DNA from: Octopus sinensis
Lineage: Eukaryota
Direction: 5' to 3'
Assembly: GCF_006345805.1 (NCBI RefSeq)
Contig: NC_043011.1
Location: 16,442,464 to 16,506,463 of the forward strand
Length of the DNA stretch: 64,000 nucleotides
The translations under genes and the position numbers were made by a program. This document shows positions 39,671 to 51,000 of this stretch, piece by piece. Each line of letters starts with the position of its first letter. The first letter of the stretch is position 1. The notes under the pieces are model-generated. The model was not told the DNA's origin. It saw only the letters and a program-made list of their open reading frames with translations, and did no database searches.

Positions 39671-41953
39671 GCAAAGTTCAAGTTTGCAGAAACATTCTAA
39701 GTTTTACACATTAGATATAGTTCATGAAATAAGAACTTGATAACTTATCTAGTATTACGTCACATTATTACGTTTCATTAATTAACAAGAAACATTGGGA
39801 CCCATGGCTACAGACAAATCCCTTCAGAAAAATAACTTTCCTGTTTCCATATCACATGATGTTAAAGCTTGACATAAGTGCCTGGGTAGACGTACGTGCC
39901 ATTATATTTCGAGTTAGACAGAATCAACACAACAGTATAGCTCATTACACAATACACTGAAGGATGTATATATTAATGCGAAACACTAAGTGCTGATCAG
40001 TATATTTGATTTAAACAATAAAGAACATACGTGGGATATTTGAGTATTGCACAAGGTATCATTTAACTACTCTTAATGTTTGCACATGATTAAATCTGCT
40101 TTACTATTAATGACTGCATTACTGATGAGATTTGCATCAGCAATCTTCTTTTAGTACTTGATAAAACAAAGCTAATAGTTATAATACTGATTTATTGGTT
40201 ACTTCATTGCTGTCACACAAGCATTAAGCTACCTAATGGTGCTCAGAATATATTTCATTTGACAATTACTACAAAATGTAGTCTGATGAAAGCAATGAAA
40301 TGTTACTAACCACATCAGTTATGTTCCAATGTCAAATAAATTTAACCCCGTAATGACTGAACTTTGAAGCAAAATTAGCAGCTATGTCTAGTATATGTAA
40401 CATTCTCTAGGCTTGTAGAATTCATGCGTAATATCTGTCCTCTTCGTAATTACATCCCCAAAACACCGATATATTACTTAACAGACATACTGGTCTTAAT
40501 TAAAGCTGTCGCCCTCTCAACTATTTTGCACTTTCAAAATTTAGATTTTGCTCATGGTTCTTATAACTTTGACTTAATTTATCTAATGAGAGTTCTAAGT
40601 ATCAGAATGGGAAAGCTTGATTTATTTTCATCATCTGTATCGTTAGAATTTAAATAAATTACGAATTTTAAATTAAGCTACAAGATAAAGATGCTTGAAT
40701 ACGCTTATTGTAATAAATATGTATCGCTTTACAAGATAACAGAGACATTTCCAATAGTATTATTGTTCCTTTCACTCATATTACTCAGGCTTCAACTCAA
40801 ATGTTATATTTCTTGAACGAGCATTTTCTGTCAATTGTATCTGTTATTGTTTTCAGAAATGACAGCATAAAGCGAAATCTTACAAAGAAAGACAATGAAA
40901 AAATAAAAAGATACTTAAAATTAATTTAGCATTATATAAATGACAGCACTTCATGATTTCTTTAAAAAGCTATTTAGCTATTTGTATTACCTAACACTTT
41001 AACGTAATGCTCATAATTTACTTGTTTTGCGGTATAGCATTCAATATATTTCAGTTTAAAGAGTTATCTAACGCAGCACAAGAATTTGAGGTTATTAATA
41101 TGAAGAGCAACGACGAGAAACATGTAATCTGATTTGAGCCATGAGTCATATCGGCGCGGAATTGTTGAATCAATTTTCCCCTAAGACTATTGCTATGCAT
41201 CTCTTAATGGCATCACAAGATATTTCGATTCACTGTCTCTAAGAACGAAGTCAATGAATAACACAGGCATAACATCAAATATAATTCCAGGAGTACGATA
41301 CTTCAAACATACTTCGGCTAAAACTATTTTGACTACTTCACGAACAGCGGTTCCTATCTCATTGCGGTACTCACTTCGAGCTTTGACAATGAGTTCTCAA
41401 GCAATGGAGTTGCCTTACGTTGCAGACTCTCTGTATGAACAAGCTGGGTGTGAGGCTTTGTGGAAATATGAGTCTGGCGTGATCGTAGGGCACCCACTCA
41501 CTTATTGCAGTTGGCAGAGAATATTACTTTTGCTGCGTCACACTGAATGATATGACTAAAGCAGTTTTCGACGCTGCCGATTTCCCATCACAAATTTTGC
41601 AGTTAGCTTGAGCATATGAACGACAGGCCTTCAGACAGGATGTTAATTTTCCTGTGTGAGAAGCGAAGTTCAGGTCGTTCATCTGGAATGCAACGCGTTA
41701 TGACACCTCCAGTTGCAACCATATTACTTTCATCATAATATAATAGTAGCTGGATGTCATGCTAGAGTAAAGATCTACGTTAGATAGAGAGCAGTTTTCG
41801 GGGTAACTCTTTTATATACTGTACCAGGGAAGTAAGACAAACGAAGTATTCAAGTAAAGAAATTAGAACCGATTTATTTCAATACACGAGGAAACAAACT
41901 ATTTATGGATTCCAGAAAATGAAAAATGCGAATTATATATATATACATATATA

Positions 41954-42077
41954 TGTCCCAAAAGTTCGTAAACACTTGCGAAAATTGAATTTTTACTCGC
42001 CAAGTACTAACAAAAACAACAAAAATTGAATAAAAGTTCAAATTTTCGCAAGTGTTTACGAACATTTGGGACAACCT
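41954..42077. mobile_element. Tc1/mariner-type MITE
   Basis: ~36-bp inverted ends tgtcccaaaagttcgtaaacacttgcgaaaattgaa / ttcaaattttcgcaagtgtttacgaacatttgggaca. Confidence 0.75.
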
Positions 42078-42299
42078 TATATTAATGGTATATGATGAGA
42101 CGGCTAGGTCAAAGTGGTGCTGTATTTGAAACGCAATAGAGATGTGACCATCGCTATGGTTACATCTAATCTATTCAATAATAATAGCAATAACATGGAA
42201 CAAAACTTTGTGAAGACGTGGGCTTTTTTCTCATAAAATGATACCACCGCTTGTTTCGTGATTGTGGGTTTTACCCTGTAAATAATGGTTTATGTTACT

Positions 42300-42517
42300 C
42301 TTTTACTCTTTACTCTTTTACTCGTTTCAGTCATTTGACTGCGGCCATACTGGAGCACCGCCTTTAATCGAGCAAATTGACCCCAGGACTTATTGTTTGT
42401 AAGCCTAGCACTTATTCTATCGGTCTCTTTTGCCGAAGCACTAAGTTACAGGGACGTAAACACACCACCATCGGTTGTCAAGCGATGTTGGGAACAAACG
42501 CAGACACACAAACATAT

Positions 42518-42578
<61 letters not shown>

Positions 42579-42745
42579 TACGACGGGCTTCTTTCAGTTT
42601 CCGTCTACCAAATCCACTCACAAGGCTTTGGTATGCCCGAGGCTATAGCAGAAGACACTTGCCCAAGGTGCCACGCAGTGGGACTGAACCCGGAACCATG
42701 TGGTTGATAAGGAAGCTTTTTACCACACAGCCACTCCTGCGCCTA
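42300..42745 (-). mobile_element. S2 SINE, full length
   Basis: Complete head and tail on the minus strand with internal (TA)n. Confidence 0.88.
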
Positions 42746-42849
42746 TTACTCCTGTTATTTACATTTTACACGATTGGTCATCTAAACGGAAGTTATTCAT
42801 TTATTACTTACATAAACATACATATTATGGAGATAGAACGCTGACTTAA

Positions 42850-43822
42850 CTAAAAGGAAGGCGATCAATTTACTAATTTAAAGCAAGAAGTATTATGAAG
42901 ACTGCTTGTAGTTATCCAGCAAACAAAGCAACCGTGCTCCAATCCACAGAGACGGAGGCCGCCAATTGTCGGGGTAAGGCACTAGACATCATTATACAAA
43001 GTACGGTGGAACATCTGAAAAAGATGGTGGAAACGGTGTTGTGTGTGTGGGTAGAGAGCAGAATCCCTCGTTGCTATAAATGTGGCCAAAAAGGCCTCAT
43101 TAGTGCGGACTGCCCTCTAAAAAGCAAGAAGGAAGTCCAGGAGCAAGTTGAGAAGGAGCCGGAGAATGTGGTAAAAAGGATAGAAACGAATGAGGAAGAA
43201 ACATGGAAGGTCGCGGGAGGGATAAAACAGTGAAAGAGGAAGAAGGAAAGTCAATGTGAACCCTCAACCCATACCCATCCCACCCATACCTTCTCAACAC
43301 CACCCTCCCCCCGCAGACACCAAACCCACCCATTCCCCACCGACACAAAAAATACAAAAAAGAAGTAGCGACACACAAGAAGTTACAAACACCCCATCCC
43401 ACTTGTTATGCTTGTGGTTTGGTCAAAGGAGTTAACGTGGGATTGGTAGAAAAATTAACAAAATGAAAGGACAAGAAATTTGTAAATATGAAAGAGAAAG
43501 AAAAGAAAAACAACCACGAGAGGGTTGGTGCAGGAATGTCTTGTGAAAGAAATGGAGAGGCATAAGGAAGGTGATATGTGATATGAAGTGAGGTGACGGA
43601 CGGTATATATAACGAGGAACTCGTGGAAGGATTCGCGGTAAACATGAACTGGATTTAAAAGGACGTAAATGACGCTGCTGAGGTGGGGTAGGAGGCACAT
43701 TTTCATTTTGTCATTTTTCATTCTCATTCATATTATCATATTTTTGATTTTTAAATGTTTTATGTCCCTCACATATCTTTAATTGTCCCGTTTGTGTGCG
43801 CCCCTTGTAGGTAATAAAAAAA
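42850..43822 (+). mobile_element. L1/Tx1-like LINE remnant: ORF1 zinc knuckle fused to a 3' end
   Basis: IPRCYKCGQKGLISADCP (gag-like CCHC with H lost) in ORF 42895-43233; ends gccccttgtaggtaataaaaaaa. Confidence 0.55.
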
Positions 43823-43915
43823 TCACAAACTTCTACGTGTCAAATATGGAAGGCAGGATAAGGTACTACTTACACAAAATTGTCATGGAATATCGAGGTG
43901 AACTTACCAATGATA

Positions 43916-44212
43916 TCTTTATATATAAAACTGAAGTTATGTGAGAGTCTGTCTACTCCGATTTAGATTCCTAACTACTCCCACAGTTTGGGGTGCAGTT
44001 TAACCAAAAGCGGGTATCTTATAGTCGTGATTCATATCAAGCCCTTCTGGGTATTAGCGCGCGTCTACGATGAGTCTACGATTTTTAAAAAAAATCACCA
44101 TCATGCTTTCGTTTTTTAAATGCACTTTTTGCTCGGTTTATATAAGGGAAGTAAAAATGCTTATATAGTTATTTCCTCTACAAACCCGAGCAACGCCGGG
44201 CGATAATGCTAG
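43916..44212 (+). mobile_element. Complete non-autonomous Helitron (~297 bp)
   Basis: 5' TC (a|tctttatatataaa), 3' hairpin cccgagcaacgccggg then CTAG|t; sits between A and T with no target duplication. Confidence 0.85.
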
Positions 44213-44680
44213 TATATATATATACAAACTTAAAAATGTTTCATACTAATGTCTACCTACGTATATCAAAACCAGGAAATTTTAATTTATTTTTCAAAAT
44301 TACTGTTTCATATATTTTACAGATTTTTAAAATAACATTTGATATATTATACAACCTTTACCTTCTCTATCATTGTGTATCAATAATGGATTCCATTATA
44401 ATGACAAAACATTCGCGAAACGATCGTAAGATGCATTAAAACTGTCATATTTCATATATATGCACTTTTAAGATGTCATGTTTCATATCTTTATATATTA
44501 TTAATACAATATTTTAAACACGTATATATTCGTGAGGCTATTATTTCAAAATACAGTATATATAATCGCTCGTATTAAATGTCTAGATACTTTATAGTAT
44601 TAATATTCTTGACACTTTATACAAAGAGCACTCATTCTAAATTCAGTAAATACTATTCTCACAGAATATATCTAATTTAT

Positions 44681-44722
<42 letters not shown>

Positions 44723-44786
44723 TGTATATATGTATATATATATGTATATATATATATGTATGTATATATATATATATGTATGTATG

Positions 44787-44818
<32 letters not shown>

Positions 44819-45042
44819 ATTAATCAATATAGGGTGGCAAAAAATTTTGTAGAATTTTTTTGCCACCAGCGGCCTAGTGGGAGAAAATTAAATAGTCATA
44901 GACCATTTTTAAGTTCAACATCACAATCAAGGAACGGCCATAATAGGCCATTCACCCACTAGAAATAACAGCCAAAAGCTTCAACCGCAAAATAACATCA
45001 ATTCCGTAAACCAGGAGAAAATTAAAAAACATTTACCCTGTA

Positions 45043-45149
45043 ATTTCTTATACGATGCACCGTTTCATCTACTGTTTAATGGTAAACTAACCTGATTAAA
45101 TTAAATCAAGCCAATCTACCATAGGCCCTGAGATTCATCAGTAAGAAAT
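45043..45149 (-). ncRNA. Type-I hammerhead ribozyme with long stem II
   Basis: ATTTCTTA-CTGATGA-ATCT..AGAT-GAAA-CGGTGCATCG-T-A-TAAGAAAT on the minus strand. Confidence 0.8.
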
Positions 45150-45700
45150 AGCCAAGTCGGAACAGATATTTTTCACGAGGCATTCCCGTCCCTGCCTCGG
45201 CAATATCTGACCTAAAATTTTCAAATCATCGCACTCGCGCCAAATTTATCGGCAGCAAATAAATATAAGCCGCCAATTTCCATTACGGAATTAACCAGAA
45301 AATTCATAATTAATCAATATAGGGTGGCAAAAAATTTTGTAGAATTTTTTTGCCACCAGCGGCCTAGTGGGAAAAAATTAAATAGTCATAGACCATTTTT
45401 AAGTTCAACATCACAATCAAGGAACGGCCATAATAGGCCATTCACCCACTAGAAATAACAGCCAAAAGCTTCAACCGCAAAATAACATCAATTCCGTAAA
45501 CCAGGAGGAAATTAAAAAACATTTACCCTGTAATTTCTTATACGATTCACCGTTTCATCTACTGTTTAATGGTAAACTAACCTGATTAAATTAAATCAAG
45601 ATAAATTTGGCGCGAGTGCGATGATTTGAAAATTTTAGGTCAGATATTGCCGAGGCAGGGACGGGAATGCCTCGTGAAAAATATCTGTTCCGACTTGGCT

Positions 45701-45807
45701 ATTTCTTACTGATGAATCTAAGGGCCTATGGTAGATTGGCTTGATTTAATTTAATCAGGTTAGTTTACCATTAAACAGTAGATGAAACGGTGCATCGTAT
45801 AAGAAAT
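45701..45807 (+). ncRNA. Type-I hammerhead ribozyme with long stem II; predicted cleavage 3' of A45799 (GUA)
   Basis: Stem I 45701-45708/45800-45807 (8 bp perfect); CUGAUGA 45709-45715; stem II ATCTA 45716-45720/TAGAT 45779-45783; GAAA 45784-45787; self-complementary stem III ACGGTGCATCGT. Confidence 0.87.
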
Positions 45808-46189
45808 TACAGGGTAAATGTTTTTTAATTTTCTCCTGGTTTACGGAATTGAGGTTATTTTGCGGTTGAAGCTTTTGGCTGTTATTTCTAGTGGGTGAAT
45901 GGCTTATTATGGCCGTTCCTTGATTGTGATGTTGAACTTAAAAATGGTCTATGACTATTTAATTTTTTCCCACTAGGCCGCTGGTGGCAAAAAAATTCTA
46001 CAAAATTTTTTGCCACCCTATATTGATTATTTATGAATTTTCTGGTTAATTCCGTAATGGAATCGGCGGCTTATATTTATTTGCTGCCGATAAATTTGGC
46101 GCGAGTGCGATGATTTGAAAATTTTAGGTCAGATATTGCCGAGGCAGGGACGGGAATGCCTCGTGAAAAATATCTGTTCCGACTTGGCT

Positions 46190-46295
46190 ATTTCCTACTG
46201 ATGAATCTAAGGCCTATGGTAGATTGGCTTGATTTAATTTAATCAGGTTAGTTTACCATTAAACAGTAGATGAAACGGTGCATCGTATAAGAAAT
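46190..46295 (+). ncRNA. Type-I hammerhead ribozyme; predicted cleavage 3' of A46287
   Basis: Same fold with one stem I mismatch (atttccta/taagaaat). Confidence 0.8.
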
Positions 46296-46418
46296 TACAG
46301 GGTAAATGTTTTTTAATTTTCTCCTGGTTTACGGAATTGATGTTATTTTGCGGTTGAAGCTTTTGGCTGTTATTTCTAGTGGGTGAATGGCCTATTATGG
46401 CCGTTCCTTGATTGTGAT

Positions 46419-46515
46419 ATATATATATATATATATATATGTATATGTATATAAATATATACATATATATATATATGTATGTATATCTGTATATATATAT
46501 ATATATATATAATAC

Positions 46516-46546
<31 letters not shown>

Positions 46547-46579
46547 CATATATATACATATATATATATACATATGTAT

Positions 46580-46627
<48 letters not shown>

Positions 46628-46743
46628 TATACATATATATATATATACATATATATATATACATATATATATATATACTTTGATACTTTGATAGGTTTCG
46701 GCCATTATTGGCCCAGGCCATGTCTAACTTAATAGCACAACCT

Positions 46744-46811
<68 letters not shown>

Positions 46812-46880
46812 CATATATATATATATACATATATATATATACATATATATATATATACATACATATATATATATATATAT

Positions 46881-46916
<36 letters not shown>

Positions 46917-47054
46917 CATATAATATATATATACATACATATATAATATATATATACATATATATATATACATATATATATTATATCTTTGATACTTTGA
47001 TAGGTTTCGGCCATTATTGGCCCAGGCCATGTCTAACTTAATTTCACAACCTGG

Positions 47055-47087
<33 letters not shown>

Positions 47088-47137
47088 CATATAATATATA
47101 TATATATTATATTATATATTATACATATATATATATC

Positions 47138-47175
<38 letters not shown>

Positions 47176-47353
47176 TACATATATATATATATACATTATA
47201 TATATATACATATATATATATATACATATGTATATATATATATATATATATAATATATTATATATATATATATATATACATACATATTATATATATACAT
47301 ACATAATATATATATACATAATATATATACATATATATACATATATAATATAT

Positions 47354-47392
<39 letters not shown>

Positions 47393-47400
47393 CATATATA
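46419..47400. repeat. ~1-kb (TA)n-rich array with a duplicated ~70-bp insert (46680-46745, 46985-47055)
   Basis: Direct reading. Confidence 0.9.
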
Positions 47401-47435
47401 TAAATAGGAAAAAAGCAACAAGAATGGGTTAAAAT

Positions 47436-47521
47436 CTCGGTACGATCGTTTCGTACGAGTACATCTTTAATAAGCTACAAAAAATGCAGTGAATACAGAT
47501 GGCTCGTACTCGTCAGCCGAA
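47436..47521 (-). ncRNA. Type-I hammerhead ribozyme, second long-stem-II family; predicted GUA cleavage between 47441 and 47440
   Basis: TTCGG-CTGACGA-GTACGAG..43 nt..CTCGTAC-GAAA-CGATCG-T-A-CCGAG; palindromic stem III ACGATCGT. Confidence 0.87.
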
Positions 47522-48009
47522 AAAACATCAGAGATTTCCCAAACATCAAAAGGGGTAGATACAAAAGAGGTTGTAAGATTAGCTGCATTGAAGAAAGTTC
47601 GATTCATGTAGATCCGATGAAAGGTTTTAAACCTACAGAATTTATGCATGTCTACATATAGCTCATATTGAATATTTGATCAAGTTGTGTGAAGAAATTT
47701 TCGTATATTGTCATGCAAAATTTCTGAAAATCCGAGTAAGAGGCAAAGTGACTGCCATATCATGTAGAGGAAAGTCTGAGTAAAAGCAAAGTGACTGTCT
47801 TATACATATATATATATATATATTATATATACATATATGTACATGGTGTTGCTCCAGCATGACTGCAGCCGCATGGCTGAAACAAGTAAAAGAATAAAAG
47901 AACATATATATCTGTTTAGTGTAGTTTGGGGAAAAACCTCGTAACATCCGCTGAAGAAACGTACTTCGTGATACACTGTTAAAACCTGTTAAATTCCATC
48001 TTCGGGTAA

Positions 48010-48035
48010 TATATCATTATCATTGTCATCCTCAC

Positions 48036-48072
<37 letters not shown>

Positions 48073-48097
48073 GTTATTATCATCTTCATCATCATCA

Positions 48098-48161
<64 letters not shown>

Positions 48162-48185
48162 CATTATTAATTTTATTATTATACA
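48010..48185. repeat. (ATT)n/(ATC)n microsatellite, i.e. (TAA)n tail of the adjacent Dong-like LINE
   Basis: Direct reading; abuts the LINE 3' end. Confidence 0.9.
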
Positions 48186-48189
48186 CACA

Positions 48190-51000
48190 ACAGTTTAAAC
48201 TTCTGGTAAAGAAAAAGCACTAACATCAGTCTACATCAAGTAACCTTTTATGCCAAGATCACCACCTAAGTATCCTAGCTGTCCCTAATAACACTGTTTT
48301 CTGGAGCTGAACTTACTAAACTGGGTTTATGCCTTTTTCCTCTATCCATCTGTTCAAATCATTAAGGATAGCTGCCAATAGACTTATAACTACTGGGCTA
48401 CATTTTTCACGCACTTGGCTTTTATATAATTAGTATTTAACGCTTGGTCTTCTGCAGCTACTGTCAAATATTCTGTCTTCAGCTTTCCTTTCTGTAAATA
48501 TAGCCTTGTCTCACTACTACTAATTAATGCTACTGTCTTTGGGAATCTACCATGCAACGACTTGAACTTCGAGACTGATAATTTCTTCTCTTCTTTTAAA
48601 AAAACTTAATAAACTTTTTTCACTATTTCTATAGTTAATATTGTTTCAAATTCCAATATTTATATATACTTATAACTCTCTCCTCTTTGAATAATTTTAA
48701 TGCCTGGCCATCTGGTAATTGGATGCCTTCGCTGTTGACTACCTATTGCCTTCTCATGAGTAATATAGCACACTTATCAATGCCAAATTCAATGCCTATA
48801 TTTTTGTTGAAAGATTTTACAGTCTGTATTAAGGAATCAATCTCTTTTACATTCTTACTAAATGGCTTCAGATTAACCATGTAGAGTATATAGTTGATTT
48901 TTCCCTCAATATTCCTTAACTCAAGCGGCGTGCTGGCAAAACCATTAGCGCGCCGATCTAAATGCTTAGCGGTATTTCGTCTGTTTTTATGTTCTGAGTT
49001 TAAATTCTGCCGAGGTCGACTTTGCCTTTCATTCTTTCGGGGTCGATGAATTAATTACCAGTTGCGTACTGGGATCGATCTATTCGACTGCCCCCCCCCC
49101 CTCCACAAAAATTTTGGGCCTTGTCCCAAGAGTACAAAATAACATTTCTGAACTGATATCCTACCTTTACCTTCCTTAATACTAAACAGAGGGGTACCAA
49201 GTATAAGACAGATATTAAAAGGGACAACGAGTACCCCTGGAAAATTTCTCTTTTGATATTAATTTTCCCTCAGAGTGTCACCTGTGTAGAGATCCATTTC
49301 TTCGTGGAAATTAATTCTCTTATGTTGTCTGCTATACTTGATATACTCAGACATTTGCTTATCCATGTGTGTCTGTGTGTAGGTGGGATAATGTCATAGG
49401 TTTTCCTATAATCTATCCATGTTATTGTTAGATTTTTCTTCTAGCTCTTACTTCATGTAGAACTGCGTTGTCTCTATATAGTAGATCATGCGTTCCTCTA
49501 GCCGTCTTCCAGCAACCTTTCTGTTCTTAAGATAGTAAATTCTAGTTGTGAAGGTGCTCGTAAATGCTTCCTGAAAGCATTCCTCTTAGCAGCTTCCACG
49601 CTAATGGTAAGCAAGTGACTGGTCAATAGTCGTTAGGTGTATTACCCTCGCTTTTATCTTTCATAATGTGTATTGTCCTCCTTCTAGTCACCCAATCTGG
49701 TATTATCCTTCCATTGAGCCAATCTTGAAGTTGTTCCCTCAGCCGCCCATGTAACCTACTAAATTTCTTTAGCCAGTATCCTTGAAATAAATCTGTTCCT
49801 GGGTCCTTCCATTTCGGCTTTTTTCCTAAAACTTTACGTACTTATGCATTAGTTAGTCTTAGAACTGACTGTTTCTCACTCATTATTTCTTCCCTCCTTT
49901 CTTTAACCATACTGCGTCTCCATTATGATTGACTGGCTTATCCCAAATATTACTCCAGAACTTTCTAGCGTCTTCTGCATTAGGTTTCTCATCTTTAGTG
50001 CTTCGCTCCGTTCTCCACTATTCATTTGGTTATAAAATCTCCTCTGGTCTGTCTCAAATCATCTATTCCCTCGATACTAATCTATTCTTTTCTGATATCT
50101 AGACAGTTTGCCTGCTGCTACTATTATACGTTGTTTCAACTCTTCTATTACTGTCCCAAAATCCTTTCTCTTTACTAAGTATCTTTTCTCAAGGGAAGAT
50201 TTGCATCTTGTGTTTCCTAACATGTTCAGTTTACAGGTTTTTATTTTACACAGATCTTGTCTTAAACTCATCACTTTATTTGGTAATGTCTTTTTTCACA
50301 TTTGCTCTGTTTTAACCTTTCCCTGTGAGATATCTAATCTAATTTCTGCTGCTCCAGTCATTTCTAGCAGCTTCCTACTGTTAGTGCCTTTTAATGCTTG
50401 TGATTTTTATTTTACTTCTTTACTCATTACTTCCTGCAACACATCTAAAATATTCTGATGTACTTGAATTAAATCACTGAAGTCGCTAGTGCCGGTTGAC
50501 CCTTTTTTATTAGTAGCGCTATTACTGTTTTCCTTTAGGTACCTCTTTGGTTTGAATTGTATCACTTATGTTGCTGTTTGTCTTTCCCATTGCTTGGTCT
50601 TTCTTTTCCAGTTCTCTTGTGATATCTTCTACCTTCAATGCTGTCATCCACTATTTCACCTAATAGCATTTGCTTGATCTTCTAATCTCTGCTTAATCAC
50701 TTTAAACATACCCTTCTCTACCCAAAGGGTTAACATGCATTTTCTATACCATGTTTTTTACGTTCACTTTCTTAGTAGAACTGCCTCACTATCCTATTTT
50801 CTTTGCTGTCCCTCTTCCTCCTCCTTACTCTATTATCTATTGATACCGTATTAGGATATCAACTGTGGTCAGTCTGCACCCTTTCTGAACTAATGCCGAG
50901 CGAGATGCCTTCTTTTAAAGGACCAGCTTCATTTTCGCTGTTACAACCAGAGTTCTTCAGAACTGAGGTAAGGTAATGTCCGTCACCAACGTCATCACCA
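48190..51000 (-). mobile_element. Dong/R4-clade LINE, copy C; RT largely present, zinc knuckle/RLE deleted; S1 SINE inserted at ~48925-49140
   Basis: QRLEDQANAIR (~50680), EELKQRIIVAAGKLSRYQKRID, PVTCLPLAWKLLRG..EQKGC..RGTHDLL (~49480-49620), REIFQGYSLSP (~49230), LQKTVLLGTARILR (~48270). Confidence 0.85.

Larger units (their letters stand above)
44821..46418. repeat. ~490-bp satellite: 1.6 units forward, then 1.7 units inverted, bounded by (TA)n
   Basis: taatcaatatagggtggc at 44821 and 45311; polarity switch at 45600/45601. Confidence 0.93.

Noticed and set aside
40279-40308. tagt-CTGATGA-aagcaat-GAAA-tg-t-t-acta as a hammerhead
   Set aside because: Stem II essentially absent; single copy in AT-rich DNA, could be chance.
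44821-45600. CRISPR-like or telomeric array
   Set aside because: Units are long and near-identical with no unique spacers; no TTAGGG arrays; eukaryotic context.
46680-47055. Duplicated insert with GGCC-aataat-GGCC-GAAAC on the minus strand as a hammerhead
   Set aside because: No CUGANGA core and no stem I pairing.
46243-47227. Long ORFs rich in YI/IY (also at 19459, 31078, 44579, 55410)
   Set aside because: Translations of (TA)n/(CATA)n microsatellites that lack stops in some frames.
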